A stretch of DNA of 63,948 nucleotides, the filler included, from Octopus bimaculoides (lineage: Eukaryota): NCBI RefSeq assembly GCF_001194135.2. It is 4 parts of 3 records of this genome, joined end to end, with 100 filler letters (N's around TTAATTAATTAA, not from the genome) between each part and the next. Parts side by side here need not be neighbours in the genome. Positions count along the whole stretch, not along the records: positions 48,710 to 61,828 come from NC_069007.1; positions 61,929 to 63,948 come from NC_068981.1; 2 more parts are not named here. The stretch is one strand, 5' to 3'. The translations under genes were made by a program, and so were the position numbers. Below the pieces are notes generated by a model that was not told where the DNA came from, did not search any database, and saw nothing but the letters and a program-made list of their open reading frames with translations. Below are positions 52,069-63,948 of the stretch, one piece after another (position 1 is the stretch's first letter; each line of letters opens with the position of its first letter).

Positions 52069-52560
52069 CATATATCTAAGTATACGGTTGCATTGATTTG
52101 TTGTTTTGCTTTCATCGTACGAAACCTTAAACGCTAACACAAACAAAAGGAAATAATGTAATAAACATAAAATAAAAGTCACGTGACTGAAACATATAGC
52201 TGTCACTTCTCCAACTCTTCAGGCTCAGACACAGAAATGTTATAACAGCTGTATCAGCCGGGTCGTAAGAATGATGGATAGAACACACGCATGTACGCGC
52301 GCGTGTGTTTTAGTGGGTAGCAACTTTTACGTTTCGCAGCGTCGCATTCATCAGACCTTTGAAATCTCTGAAAATAAATTTTAAAATATCTCTCTCCACA
52401 TGTAATAAATTCTTTTTCTAACTAGAATTAAAAAAATATTTTTAAAATCTTTCTTTAATTATACATATACGTACGTACGATCGTACATATATATATATAT
52501 ATGTACGTACGTACGTATGTAAGTGTAGTAATATGTATTATATATATATCAATATATCTA

Positions 52561-52603
<43 letters not shown>

Positions 52604-53293
52604 ATATATATATATATATATAAAAAGGGCATTAACTGTGTATTAATGCTCTTTTTATATATAATTAATTATATTCATGAAGAAACGATGAATTTTTTCA
52701 TTACGAAATTTTTCGTTATTTTTTCATTATGAGGTTTTTTTCACGCTGACTACTTGATAAATTCTTATAAAGAATTTATCCTATATTATATTATATATAT
52801 ATATATGGGAAAATATACAAAAAATAACAACAGACGAGGACAGGTGGTGTAAATAACAAAAGTATATATTAGTATGACGCTCGGGAATACGGNNNNNNNN
52901 NNNNNNNNNNNNNNNNNNNNNNNNNNNNNNNNNNNNNNNNNNNNNNNNNNNNNNNNNNNNNNNNNNNNNNNNNNNNNNNNNNNNNNNNNNNNNNNNNNNN
53001 NNNNNNNNNNNNNNNNNNNNNNNNNNNNNNNNNNNNNNNNNNNNNNNNNNNNNNNNNNNNNNNNNNNNNNNNNNNNNNNNNNNNNNNNNNNNNNNNNNNN
53101 NNNNNNNNNNNNNNNNNNNNNNNNNNNNNNNNNNNNNNNNNNNNNNNNNNNNNNNNNNNNNNNNNNNNNNNNNNNNNNNNNNNNNNNNNNNNNNNNNNNN
53201 NNNNNNNNNNNNNNNNNNNNNNNNNNNNNNNNNNNNNNNNNNNNNNNNNNTATCTATCTATCTATCTATCTATATATATATATATATATATAC

Positions 53294-53847
53294 ACTCAAG
53301 CATCACACATTAAATTGGTTACACAAAGAATGGTTATCTTTGCAGATCAACAGCCAAGCCCGGTACTCACACAGACAGATAGACAGACAGACAGACAGAC
53401 AGACACACACACACACACACACATAAGCACACACATGCACACACTTACACACGCACACATACACACAGCTACATATATGTGTTTGAGTACGTGTGTAGGT
53501 GTGCGTAGGTGCGTGCGCGTATGTGTGTGTGTGTGTGTGTGTGTGTTTGTTTGTGTGTGTGTGTTTGTTTGTGTGTGTGTGTTTGTGTGTGTAAGGGTGT
53601 GTATGCTTATATGTATATGTATATATAAACACACACATGCACATAAGTACACACATATATATATATATAATAGGCGAGAGAGACAAAGTACATGATGGGT
53701 TTACGAACATATGTAGTTGTGTGTATGTGTGTGCGCGTATGTAAAGTTGTGTGTGTGTGTGTGTGTGTGTGTGAGTGCCTGAGTTGGCTGTTGATTTGCG
53801 AACATAACTATTCTTTGTGTAACCAATTTAATATACGAAGCTTGAGT
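53294..53847. repeat. Diverged inverted duplication (arms about 53294-53480 and 53707-53847)
   Basis: ATTAAATTGGTTACACAAAGAAT.GTTAT is present on both strands; roughly 80 percent identity by eye. Confidence 0.88.
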
Positions 53848-53945
53848 AGTTTGTCTTGGCAATGATGGACGGCAAATATCGGACTCACTGACGGGAGACA
53901 GTTTTACATACCTGCATAAATAGATGCATACAAAAATATATACAT

Positions 53946-53991
<46 letters not shown>

Positions 53992-54142
53992 NNNNNNNNN
54001 NNNNNNNNNNNNNNNNNNNNNNNNNNNNNNNNNNNNNNNNNNNNNNNNNNNNNNNNNNNNNNNNNNNNNNNNNNNNNNNNNNNNNNNNNNNNNNNNNNNN
54101 NNNNNNNNNNNNNNNNNNNNNNNNNNNNNNNNNNNNNNNNNN

Positions 54143-54193
<51 letters not shown>

Positions 54194-56754
54194 ACATATA
54201 CACATACCTATATGCTCCCTCCTGTCTTTAAACATACATACAGACACATGTACGTCTAAGTTTCCACACAAGCACAACACAGACACACGCACTGAGGAAC
54301 TCCATCACTTCGTGATGGATGACATTAAGCCAGTGAGTCTTTTGTGTGTTAACTTCGTAACACACAAACTGTCTCCTTGTCAACATGACATGTCTTAAGG
54401 GAACTAAATCCTAACCTCCTCCTCTCTCTCAAGCAACAACATTAACAATGACTATATAAAACAACGACCTTTCTTCTGTGTATGGTTTGTATTTGACTGT
54501 ACACTTTCATTATTTATCTTTCATTATGTGTGTGTCTGTGTGTCTCTCTCTCTATATATATACACACATATATACACATACATACTCACACATACATATA
54601 TATATATATATGTGGTTATATGTAAACCTTTTCATGCATATGCATGTTTTCCCGTCTTAATGTCCTTGTTCATGTGTTACATTGAAGCGAGTACAGCGCA
54701 GAAAGATTATCTGTCCTCCCCAACCACATCGAACAATGTAAGCTGACTCCCTCCTCCACCACCTTCATCTGCCGCCCTTCCGCAAATCAACGTCAATAAA
54801 AACCCACTTATTCCTCCTTTCACTAAATTGTCTCTTGTCTAGAATGACCAGCACTTGTCTAAAAATGTTTCTTGATTACACACCTACCTGTTTCTCAACC
54901 TCCATATCTAGCATTATTTCTATCTACCTGTCCGTCTCCCTACATATTACTCTGACTATAATAATCGCCCGCCTGCCTAACTGCTTGCCTGCCTGCCTGT
55001 CAGCCTGTCTGCCTGTTTGTCTGTCTGTCTACCAAATCATGTATGTATGTATCTGTCTGTCTGTCTATCTATCCTGTGTCTATCTATCTATCTATCTATC
55101 TATCTACCCATCTACCTATCTACCCATCTACCTATCTATCTATCTACTCTAACATATTTACATAATATATTTACAATCGACATTGTTGCAGTGAAGCAGT
55201 GTGACGGACAGATGTGAAAGCTAAGTGACTAAAATGTATTTTTAGTATACTCCATAAATGTTTAGAAAATCAACATTATTTTGGTAAAACCTGCTTCAAA
55301 ATAGAGACACAGACCCTGACTTCCAGTCCCTCTTTCAACATTCGTAACATCCCAGCATTTTGCCTGGCCTGGTAACGATTCTGCCGGCTCCTCCCTCTCT
55401 CTCTCTCTCGCCTCCCTCACTCTGCATGCGTGTATGTATGTATGTATGTATATAACATATACTCAGGTTATGCTAGAACCCCCCCCCNNNNNNNNNNNNN
55501 NNNNNNNNNNNNNNNNNNNAAAAAAAAAAAAAAAATCTACCCCCGCCCCAAGAAAAACAACCAATAATGAATCGACCCTTTCATTCTATTCACCACAAAG
55601 AAATTGTTCTTTGACATCTTTGTTCATTCAGTACATTTTTTATTGTATTTTCTCATTTATACAAATTGCTTACATAAAGAAATCGTATCTTCTCTTTAAA
55701 TATCGGCTTTTTTTCCCCCGTCTTAGATACAAACTGCTAATCTAATTGCGACAGCATAATTGACGACGTAACGCGAGTATGATTCTTGTATATGGTCAAG
55801 CGTTGTCTCGAAAGAATCATTTTTATTTGCTTACTTATTATTATTCATATGCAAACTGATTGACCTCTGTATGGCTGTCACAGTTTATTTTATTACTGTA
55901 GGCATGTGTATATGCGCGCGTGATTAATTAGAATTTGTCTTTGATTCATTCACGCTGGTCTCCAACCAAGTGACAAGATCTCGTTTGCTTCAATCAAAAT
56001 CGTGCAGGGATTTCGTGGCTACATTGAACCATGGGAAGAAGTAGAGCAATCCTAATAAAAGTCGTTTTCTAAGAGTTCTGGACAAAACAGATGTGTTCAG
56101 AGGTAAAACTGCATCCAGTAAGATTTTTCTTATTTGAGCTCAGGACGCAAAGATGACCGAAGTCTATATACGGAGTCGATCTGCCAGTCCCTCTTTCAAT
56201 ACTCGTAACAACCCAGGCCTAAATTTCTTGACTGCTCTTTTATATTGTTAATTCCTGAAAGGGTGGAAAACAAAATTGACGATGACTTGATGACATCTGA
56301 ACATAGAGGTGTGACTATATATCACCAGGCATTTTTGCTCGCTGCTTTACCAATTCCTACCAAACAACAACCTAAGAGTAGTAACAACAGCAACAATGAA
56401 AGATAAGAAGATCGATAGACGGATAAATAATCAAAATTGTATGGATTGAGGATAAAAGAAAAATCAAACAATAATTCGGTTATTCTTGGATTCTGCAAGG
56501 CTTAGAGTTGCTAATGGTACGAACAGTAGGGAACCAAGAGCTAAATGTGTCTGTGGCAGGAAGGGGAGGGAGTTGATATATAATCCAAGATTGATTAAAA
56601 ACAGAATAGTGGCATACTGGCATCCAGTGAGGAAGTAATTTACATCGCATTTTAAGATTTATATATAAACAAGCCCACGCTGTCACCTCTCTCCCCCCTC
56701 TATCTATCTATCTACCTTTCTATCTATCTATCTATCTATCTATCTACCTACCTT

Positions 56755-56797
<43 letters not shown>

Positions 56798-57094
56798 GTT
56801 TGTCTGTCTACTTATCTATCGCTGTCTGTTTGTCTATCTACCTATAGACATAAAAGTTGTTTGTAAAGTGTATGTAGAAATGGGAAAACTGAACGGAGCT
56901 ATTGTTGGCGAAGAGGCGTGAAGTTTTCCGATCAGCAGCGGATTATAGATGGTGGTGGTGGTGGAACAGGGTGTGGCGGTTTGGGGGTGGGTCTGACAGC
57001 TTGACCATCTTTTTAGCTTTTCCCGATCTACGTGCCACAAAGAATCGTACGTGTCAGATATATTATTATTAAAACGCAAGATTTTTATAGAAGA

Positions 57095-58410
57095 AATCAT
57101 CTTTGTGTGTGGATGTCTGGAAATTGAGTGAAGATCAAATAAAATCTTTAGTGTAAACACAATAGAAGGATTAAGAAGAGAAGATATTAGCATGGCGGCT
57201 GGGATTAAAATTTGCGGACTTTTAAATGATGGAAAAAAAAAGAAGAAAGATAATGAAGAGTAATGGGCTAACATTATAGAAGATAAAGAAATCATAAAAC
57301 CGGCAGATGTATAGAAGGTTAGAAATATATTCTGGGATAAAAGAGACAATATTAAGTGAACTAACAAACGTGATGGAATATTTTAAAAGCGGCTTGGAAT
57401 ATTTCACAAGGTGAATTTTAGTATTAAAATCTAAGCTAAATTGAAAAAGTAAAACTCGAGCCATTAACACAAAACAGTATTATCTCTTTGGAAGTATAGC
57501 AGAAGAATTTAAAACTGGAATGAAGAAGAGAAGTGTATCAAACAGCAAGAGTGAATCCTTGCTTGCTGCTGTTAGACTTAACAATACAATACCTACCGAA
57601 AATTTGATGCAACCACAAACATTCGAGAAAGAAGATGAAGGAAGAATAAACAACTGGAAAATGAAATTACTGTTTGGGAAATACCTCACAGAAAACGAAG
57701 GAAAAGACAAGGCCAACATTTGGATATAACTGAGAAAAAGTGATCTGAAAGGATGCACTAACTGAGGCATTGATATGCAGCGCTTAGGAACAAGCCCTGA
57801 GAACTAATTACACCAAGTTCCAAATAGATAAGAGCAGCAAATCCTCCTTTTGTAGGATGTGGGGTAGCAAAGGCGAAACAATCTCATATACTGTGAGTGA
57901 GTGTAGCAAGCTGGCCTAAAAGCACTACAAGAGAAAGCCACGGTAACATGGCAAAGTTTGTTCACTAGAGACTATGTGAAAAGTACGGCCTGAACACAGC
58001 TCGAAAATGGTACGAGCATGAATTAGAAAGGGTCACTGAGAACAAGATATTGTGAGATTTTACAATCCAGTGTGACTCTTTAATTGATGATCAGAGAGAA
58101 GGCATTGTGGTTAATAAAGGAAAAAAAGGAAACCAAGATCATAGATATTGCAATACGAGGGGATGCGCGCATAAGCGACAAAGAACTTGAAAAGATTGAA
58201 TAGTATAGACTACGAAAAGACGAAATTGCAAGACTGTGGACTATGAAGAGAGTGTCTGTCATTCCAGTATTTGTAGGGGACACTCGGAACCCTAACAATC
58301 AAGTTCAAAAAATATGTTAGAGAAATCGGAATTGACACGAGAGCAGAGAAAGCCCCCAAAACTGCTCTGCTGGGGACAGCTAGGATCTTGAGACTGGTAC
58401 TTGGGTGTTG
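57095..58410 (+). pseudogene. RLE-type non-LTR retrotransposon 3' 1.3 kb (late RT, zinc knuckle, RLE), heavily decayed
   Basis: LRKSDLK..TEALICSA*EQALRTNY..CRMWGSKGETISYTVSECSKLA..ILWDFTIQCD-like..KIIDIAIRGDARISDKELEKIE..VIPVFVGTLG..KTALLGTARILRLVLG. Confidence 0.88.
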
Positions 58411-58569
58411 AATGTCTTCTACGGTAATTAACAACCAATTATCAAAGATTACAATATGCGTAAAAAGAGCCTGTGAGACCTCTGACAACAGGCTGCTGTC
58501 TGCTCTCACAGAATGAACCAGAGCAAACAAGACTGAGTTCCGAGAAGTAAAAAAGAAAAATAAATTAAT

Positions 58570-58685
58570 CTTTTCCACTAAAGGCACAAGGCTGAAATTG
58601 TGAGGGATGGGGAGTAGTCGATTACATCGACCTTCGTCCCCGAAAGGATGAAAAGCAAAGTCGACCACGGCGCAATCATCAGAAT
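58570..58685 (-). mobile_element. SINE family A variant fragment
   Basis: GGCACAAGGCTGAAATT..GTCGATTACATCGACC..CCCGAAAGGATGAAAAGCAAAGTCGACC. Confidence 0.8.
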
Positions 58686-59547
58686 ATAATCCGAGTCCAT
58701 TCACCTTGATGGCTTTAAGCGACTTGTCTCTTCCCTCCACCACCCTCTACCGAGTGACCACCCCCTACTGTTGCTGTAGCTTCAGGCTGAATGATGTTGA
58801 CTGGTGGTGAATAAACAATGCTTGACAGTTGTATATATTTGCTCATTGTCAAAGTATGCGGTTATTGTAAATAGAACAAGTGAAGGTTGNNNNNNNNNNN
58901 NNNNNNNNNNNNNNNNNNNNNNNNNNNNNNNNNNNNNNNNNNNNNNNNNNNNNNNNNNNNNNNNNNNNNNNNNNNNNNNNNNNNNNNNNNNNNNNNNNNN
59001 NNNNNNNNNNNNNNNNNNNNNNNNNNNNNNNNNNNNNNNNNNNNNNNNNNNNNNNNNNNNNNNNNNNNNNNNNNNNNNNNNNNNNNNNNNNNNNNNNNNN
59101 NNNNNNNNNNNNNNNNNNNNNNNNNNNNNNNNNNNNNNNNNNNNNNNNNNNNNNNNNNNNNNNNNNNNNNNNNNNNNNNNNNNNNNATGTGTGCGTGTTG
59201 GTGTGTTTGTGCGTGTGTGGTAGATTTTGATATGCTTGTGTACAAAAGCAGTGGCGGCGGGGGCGGGGGCGGCGGCGGTGGTGGTGAAGTGCGATTTTGT
59301 GTTGAAATGGTGTGATGTGGTGAACGGTAGCGGTGGAGTGTGGTGCTGTACATATATGTGGTAGTGGTCGTCGTGGTAGTGCGTTTGCACGTGCGTGTTT
59401 GAATGTGTGTGTGTATGTATGTATATGTGTGTGTGTGTGTGTGTGATATCTTTTTACTTGTTTCAGGCATTAAAATGCGGCCATGCTGGGGCATCAAAGG
59501 ATTTAGTCGAACAAATCAATCCCAGGACTTATTATTTTGCATTATTT

Positions 59548-59935
59548 TCAGACAGTGGACGTGTTTGGGTCTGAAGGTTTCTCAATCAAGAATTTGATTT
59601 GAAACGACCCCAAATAACTGTGAAACATGGCGGTATCTCTGTAATGGTATGGGGAGCTGTCAGCAGCAATGGTCGTTCTGAGTTGGTCGAATGTGTTGGA
59701 ACCATAAACTCAGAAAAATACATCGAAATACTTAAGCAAGGATTCACACGATAACATAACGAAAAATAAGTTTTTATTCATGGAGGATGGGGCTCCATGT
59801 CACACATCGAAGAGGAATCAACGATGGCTGACTGAAAATGGGATCAAAAAGCTTCCTTGGCCGAGCCAATCTCCTGACATGAATCCAATGGAAAATATTT
59901 GGAGCATACTAGATAGAGCTATACGAAAAACATCC
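59548..59935 (+). pseudogene. Tc1-type DD34E transposase fragment
   Basis: TVKHGGISVMVWGAVS..INSEKYIEIL, frameshift, then FMEDGAPCHTS..WPSQSPDMNPMENIW with 34 residues between D and E. Confidence 0.9.
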
Positions 59936-60128
59936 GCCACGCTGATGGAGATGTCATCCGCATACGCCGTAGCTCCTCTTCCACACCATAGATCATGCGG
60001 TGCGCCACCTAGTGCCTCCAATTTCCGTAGCAATGGCTCGAGGGCCAATACATACAAAAGCGGAGACAAGGGACACCGCTGACGCACTGAGCGTTCGATC
60101 CTAAATGGCTTCGAAAGGAAACCGTTCA
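59930..60128 (-). pseudogene. Tx1/L1-like reverse transcriptase fragment
   Basis: NGFLSKPFRIERSVRQRCPLSPLLYVLALEPLLRKL..AYADDISI (QGCPLSP and YADD motifs). Confidence 0.88.
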
Positions 60129-60749
60129 CTTTTTCTCATTTTTCTATTTCTCACTTTTCGAAGTGCTTAATTTTTTTCCATGTAGGACAGCACGTTTTGT
60201 AAACGACTGTCCTTCTNNNNNNNNNNNNNNNNNNNNNNNNNNNNNNNNNNNNNNNNNNNNNNNNNNNNNNNNNNNNNNNNNNNNNNNNNNNNNNNNNNNN
60301 NNNNNNNNNNNNNNNNNNNNNNNNNNNNNNNNNNNNNNNNNNNNNNNNNNNNNNNNNNNNNNNNNNNNNNNNNNNNNNNNNNNNNNNNNNNNNNNAGGGG
60401 GGAGATCTTTATATCCCCACCCTCCTCTTTCATTCTTTCAAAAAGCACGGAGGCCTTCTCCGTTTCTATCATCACGTTTTCACGTGATACAGCGGCTGCT
60501 GCCGCGATCTTTTTTGCTGGCTCATCCAGCGGTTTTGCTTGTTGAATTATTTCGACCGACATATTCGCTCAGAATTAATTCTCACACACAAACATTTTCA
60601 GTTATTTTCCCTAAAAACGGGAAACCTATGTGTTTTTTTTTTCCTCTTAAAGAGGACACCAGTTCAAATCCTACCCCCGCTGGGGGTGGAGTGTAGTAGT
60701 AGAGCCTGTAACGAGCTTACTTTTTCCAAAACGGGAAACCTGTTTTTCT

Positions 60750-61025
60750 TAAAACTTCGGACTTATTCTATCGGTCCTTTTTGCTGAATCGCTAAGTTAC
60801 GCGACGTAGACAAACCAGCACTAGTTGTCATGCGGTGATAGGGGACAACACAAGAGCGCGCACATACATACATGTATATATGACGACCGGCTTCTTTCAG
60901 TTTCCGTCTACCAAGTCCACTCACAAGGCATTAGTCGGCCCGGGGCTATAGTCGAAGACACTCGAGGTGTCATGCAGTTGGACTGAACCCAGAACCCTGT
61001 GGTTCGGAAGCAAGTTTCTTATCGC
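60750..61025 (-). mobile_element. SINE family B, diverged
   Basis: Collinear with 62020-62314. Confidence 0.85.
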
Positions 61026-61157
61026 AATATATTATAATCCTTTTGTTTTTGGTTACCATTGTTTAAACCCTCCTTAAGCATGTCCTTGTAAAGTCCTAAA
61101 TTTGATGTGACCCCTAGCGGCTAACAGATTAAACATTTCTTTTATTATGCTCAATAT

Positions 61158-61345
61158 TAAGGCGGTGAGCTGGTTGGGTCGTTGGGCGACGGAGGAATGT
61201 TTGTTCCGGCTGTTTACGTTCGAGTTCGAATCCCACTGTGATTGACTTTGCCTTTCATCCCACTGGTGTTCGATAAAATATCAGTCAAGTACTGGATCGA
61301 TATCATCTACTAAACCCCTCTCCTCAAAACTGCCGTCCTTGTGCC
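61158..61345 (+). mobile_element. SINE family A variant, old
   Basis: AAGGCGGTGAGCTGG..GAGTTCGAATCCC..GACTTTGCCTTTCATCC..TTGTGCCTAAATT. Confidence 0.7.
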
Positions 61346-61376
61346 TAAATTACAAACCATTAACAACAAGAACAAC

Positions 61377-61418
<42 letters not shown>

Positions 61419-61747
61419 TGCTTCTTTAAAATCATCAGTTTCTTTGTAAATTTGTTTCTTTATTGTGTTTTTTCTTTTCATTTCTTTTCCTTACTTCTGC
61501 CTCCACCATCCCCCTTTTCCCTCTCACCATCCCCACAGCCTCTCCATCAATACTCCAGTCCAAATATATTCAACGGAGTTTTCATTTGATGTCGACGATA
61601 AGTTTATCCAGACCTTAGCAACGTTAATTGAGAGATAGAGAGATAGAGAGAGAGAGAGAAAGAGGGGGAGATGAGGGAGAGGGGGAAGGAGATAGGGAGA
61701 GAGCGGGAAGAGATGAGGGAGAGAAAGAGTGGAAACAAATGAAAGGG

Positions 61748-61790
<43 letters not shown>

Positions 61791-61928
61791 GAGTGTGTTC
61801 GTATGTAAGTGGAGAATGGTTGTAACAGNNNNNNNNNNNNNNNNNNNNNNNNNNNNNNNNNNNNNNNNNNNNTTAATTAATTAANNNNNNNNNNNNNNNN
61901 NNNNNNNNNNNNNNNNNNNNNNNNNNNN

Positions 61929-62117
61929 TTACTTGTTTCAGTCATTTGACTGTGGCCACGCTGGAGCACCGCCTTTAGTCGAGAAAATCGACCCCAGGAC
62001 TTATTCTTTGTAAGCCTAGTACTTATTCTATCGGTCTCTTTTGCCGAACCGCTAAGTTACGGGGACATAAACACACCAGCATCGGTTGTCAAGTGATGCT
62101 GGTGGGGGGGGGGACAA

Positions 62118-62148
<31 letters not shown>

Positions 62149-62314
62149 CATATATACGACGGACTTCTTCCAGTTTCCGTCTACCAAATCCACTCACAAG
62201 GCGTTGGTCGGCTCGAGGCTATAGTAGAAGACACTTGCCCAAGGTGCCACGCAGTGGGACTGAACCCGAAACCATGTGGTTGGTAAGCAAGCTTCTTATC
62301 ACACAGCCACTCCT
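61929..62314 (-). mobile_element. SINE family B (tRNA head plus CORE-like segment), near full length
   Basis: Minus strand AGGAGTGGCTGTGTGATAAG (box A-like), GGGTTCAGTCCC (box B-like), and CCTTGGGCAAGTGTCTT, which resembles the CORE domain motif CCTTGGGCAAGTCACTT. Confidence 0.9.
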
Positions 62315-62317
62315 GCT

Positions 62318-63166
62318 TAATAATAAAAAAAACAACTTATTTACCTAAGTTTTAACATCGTCCACTTTGAAATGGTAACCTCGCACAGCAATACACCGGT
62401 CCCAGCGTTCTTGCCACTTTTGGAATCCGGTCTGGAAATCGTTTTCTATAAGAGAGTCGAGGACCTTCTGCGACTCGCTCTGGATCTCCTACAACGGTGA
62501 TAAAACGGCGACCTTTGAGCAGCATTTTCCTTTGGGGGAAGAGATGAAAGTCTGCAGGTGCTAAATCTGGCGAATAGGGTGGGTGCAGAAGCGATACCAT
62601 GTTTTTGACTAAAAACTCGCGAGTGAAGAGAACTCGGTTTTCCAGGGACGTCTTCCAGGGATGTTCTCCCGCTTTCGAAGCACCTATGCCAGTCAAAACA
62701 TTACGTACGACCCATTGCTTCGTCACCGTAAACTTGCCGAAACATGCTCAATGTCTCTGTAGCTGACTTCCCAAGTTTAACGCAAAATTTCATGTTAGCT
62801 CTTTGTTCCTATCCATGACAAAAATTGCCGACTACAGCATACACGTGATCACAAAAACACAAATTTCACAACATGCGAAGTAAACACACCAACGTCACTG
62901 AGCACACTGCCTCATGAAGGTCACTGCACAGGCGCGATCCCAGGAATATTTCGAAGGGAGGGAGCAAGGTCAAAATTGAGTATAATTCCAGGAGAAAAGG
63001 GTATAATAACATTATTTAGAAGGGCGCATTTCTTTTCTTGAGGCGAGTACGTGCCCCTCGATCTCCCGGTCCGCCTTGCTGCTAGCTCTCACTGCGCATT
63101 CAACAGTGTACTGCCATCTGTTGGCGCGCTACAGAACTAATCCGGGAACTTTTTGATATCACCTCG
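62318..63166 (-). mobile_element. mariner deletion derivative
   Basis: LLHPPYSPDLAPADFHLFP and LLKGRRF on the minus strand; TIR at 63139-63166 followed by TA. Confidence 0.88.
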
Positions 63167-63324
63167 TACAACATTTTTATGATACACGGATGACGTTTTC
63201 ATACATAGGCAACACAATGAACTGTTCAAGTTATTGCTGATCACTCGAATTCATTACGTATATTACTTTGGTTTATCCTGGAAAAAGAAAACAAAAGCCA
63301 GCTGAAATTCCTTGATATATCGTT

Positions 63325-63532
63325 GAGAAGTGGCTGTGTGATAAGTAGCTTGCTTACCAACCACATGGTTCTGGGNNNNNNNNNNNNNNNNNNNNNNNNN
63401 NNNNNNNNNNNNNNNNNNNNNNNNNNNNNNNNNNNNNNNNNNNNNNNNNNNNNNNNNNNNNNNNNNNNNNNNNNNCCGCGATCCTATGACCGCGAGTCCG
63501 CTGCCCTAACACCACTGGGCCATTGCGCCTCC
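63325..63532. mobile_element. SINE family B head (63325-63375, plus) and family C head (63476-63532, minus) flanking a 100-N gap
   Basis: GAGAAGTGGCTGTGTGATAAGTAGCTTGC and CCACTGGGCCATTGCGCCTCC. Confidence 0.85.
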
Positions 63533-63745
63533 ACTTCAGCGACCATAACATAGCTAATAAATATTTTGTCGTCACAGAAGCTATCTTGAATAGATGTGAT
63601 GTGTCTCATAACTCAGTTTTAGTGGGTACTGATAGTAGCTTCATCCTTATGTAGTCATGTAGTGAGTACATGAAGGTATGATAGTCATTGTGATAGGGGA
63701 AGCTATCTGTTGGCTGCTATTGTTTAGCCCCTGGTCAATCACCTA

Positions 63746-63948
63746 CGAGGTCGTTTCAAGAAGTTCTCAGACTAGACATACTCTTTTACTCTTTTACTTG
63801 TTTCAGTCATTTGACTGTGGCCACGCTGGAGCACCGCCTTTAGTCGAGAAAATCGACCCCAGGACTTATTCTTTGTAAGCCTAGTACTTATTCTATCGGT
63901 CTCTTTTGCCGAACCGCTAAGTTACGGGGACATAAACACACCAGCATC
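63746..63948. mobile_element. mariner TIR (63746-63773) followed by a SINE family B 3' end (63779-63948, minus)
   Basis: TA-CGAGGTCGTTTCAAGAAGTTCTCAGACT matches the 63139-63166 TIR at 21 of 28 positions; the SINE part is identical to 61929-62082. Confidence 0.85.

Noticed and set aside
52808-52892. Possible Penelope-like terminus before a gap
   Set aside because: Recalled resemblance only; the diagnostic part would lie in the N run.
60684-60705. GTGTAGTA as a U2 snRNA target of a Tx1 element
   Set aside because: Only 8 nt match U2 and the flanks do not.

Overview
Eukaryotic, AT-rich, gap-ridden DNA dominated by repeats: about a sixth is N, microsatellites are everywhere, and the window reads as intergenic or intronic. 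The repeat families and a TTAGGG tract point to a coleoid cephalopod, probably an octopus (inference from recalled repeat families, not a database hit). No host gene can be named, and almost all ORF-track entries are artefacts of microsatellites and N runs. Supported content: at least five tRNA-headed SINE families (labelled here A, B, C, D, H); decayed non-LTR retrotransposons (four RLE-type R4/Dong/NeSL-like pieces, one CR1-group C-terminus, one Tx1/L1-like RT piece, one RTE-type tail); and decayed DNA transposons (DD37D maT, two mariners, DD34E Tc1, a Tigger/pogo-like MITE, a Chapaev3/CMC-like transposase). The best signal is a set of minimal type I hammerhead ribozyme motifs from four unrelated repeat families, all with an extra A after CUGANGA. 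One sits in a tRNA-headed SINE, and two lie on opposite strands of a 477-bp foldback. Also noted: a palindromic telomere-repeat tract, head-to-tail SINE concatemers, miRNA-like hairpins, weak candidate exons on both strands, and several assembly artefacts.
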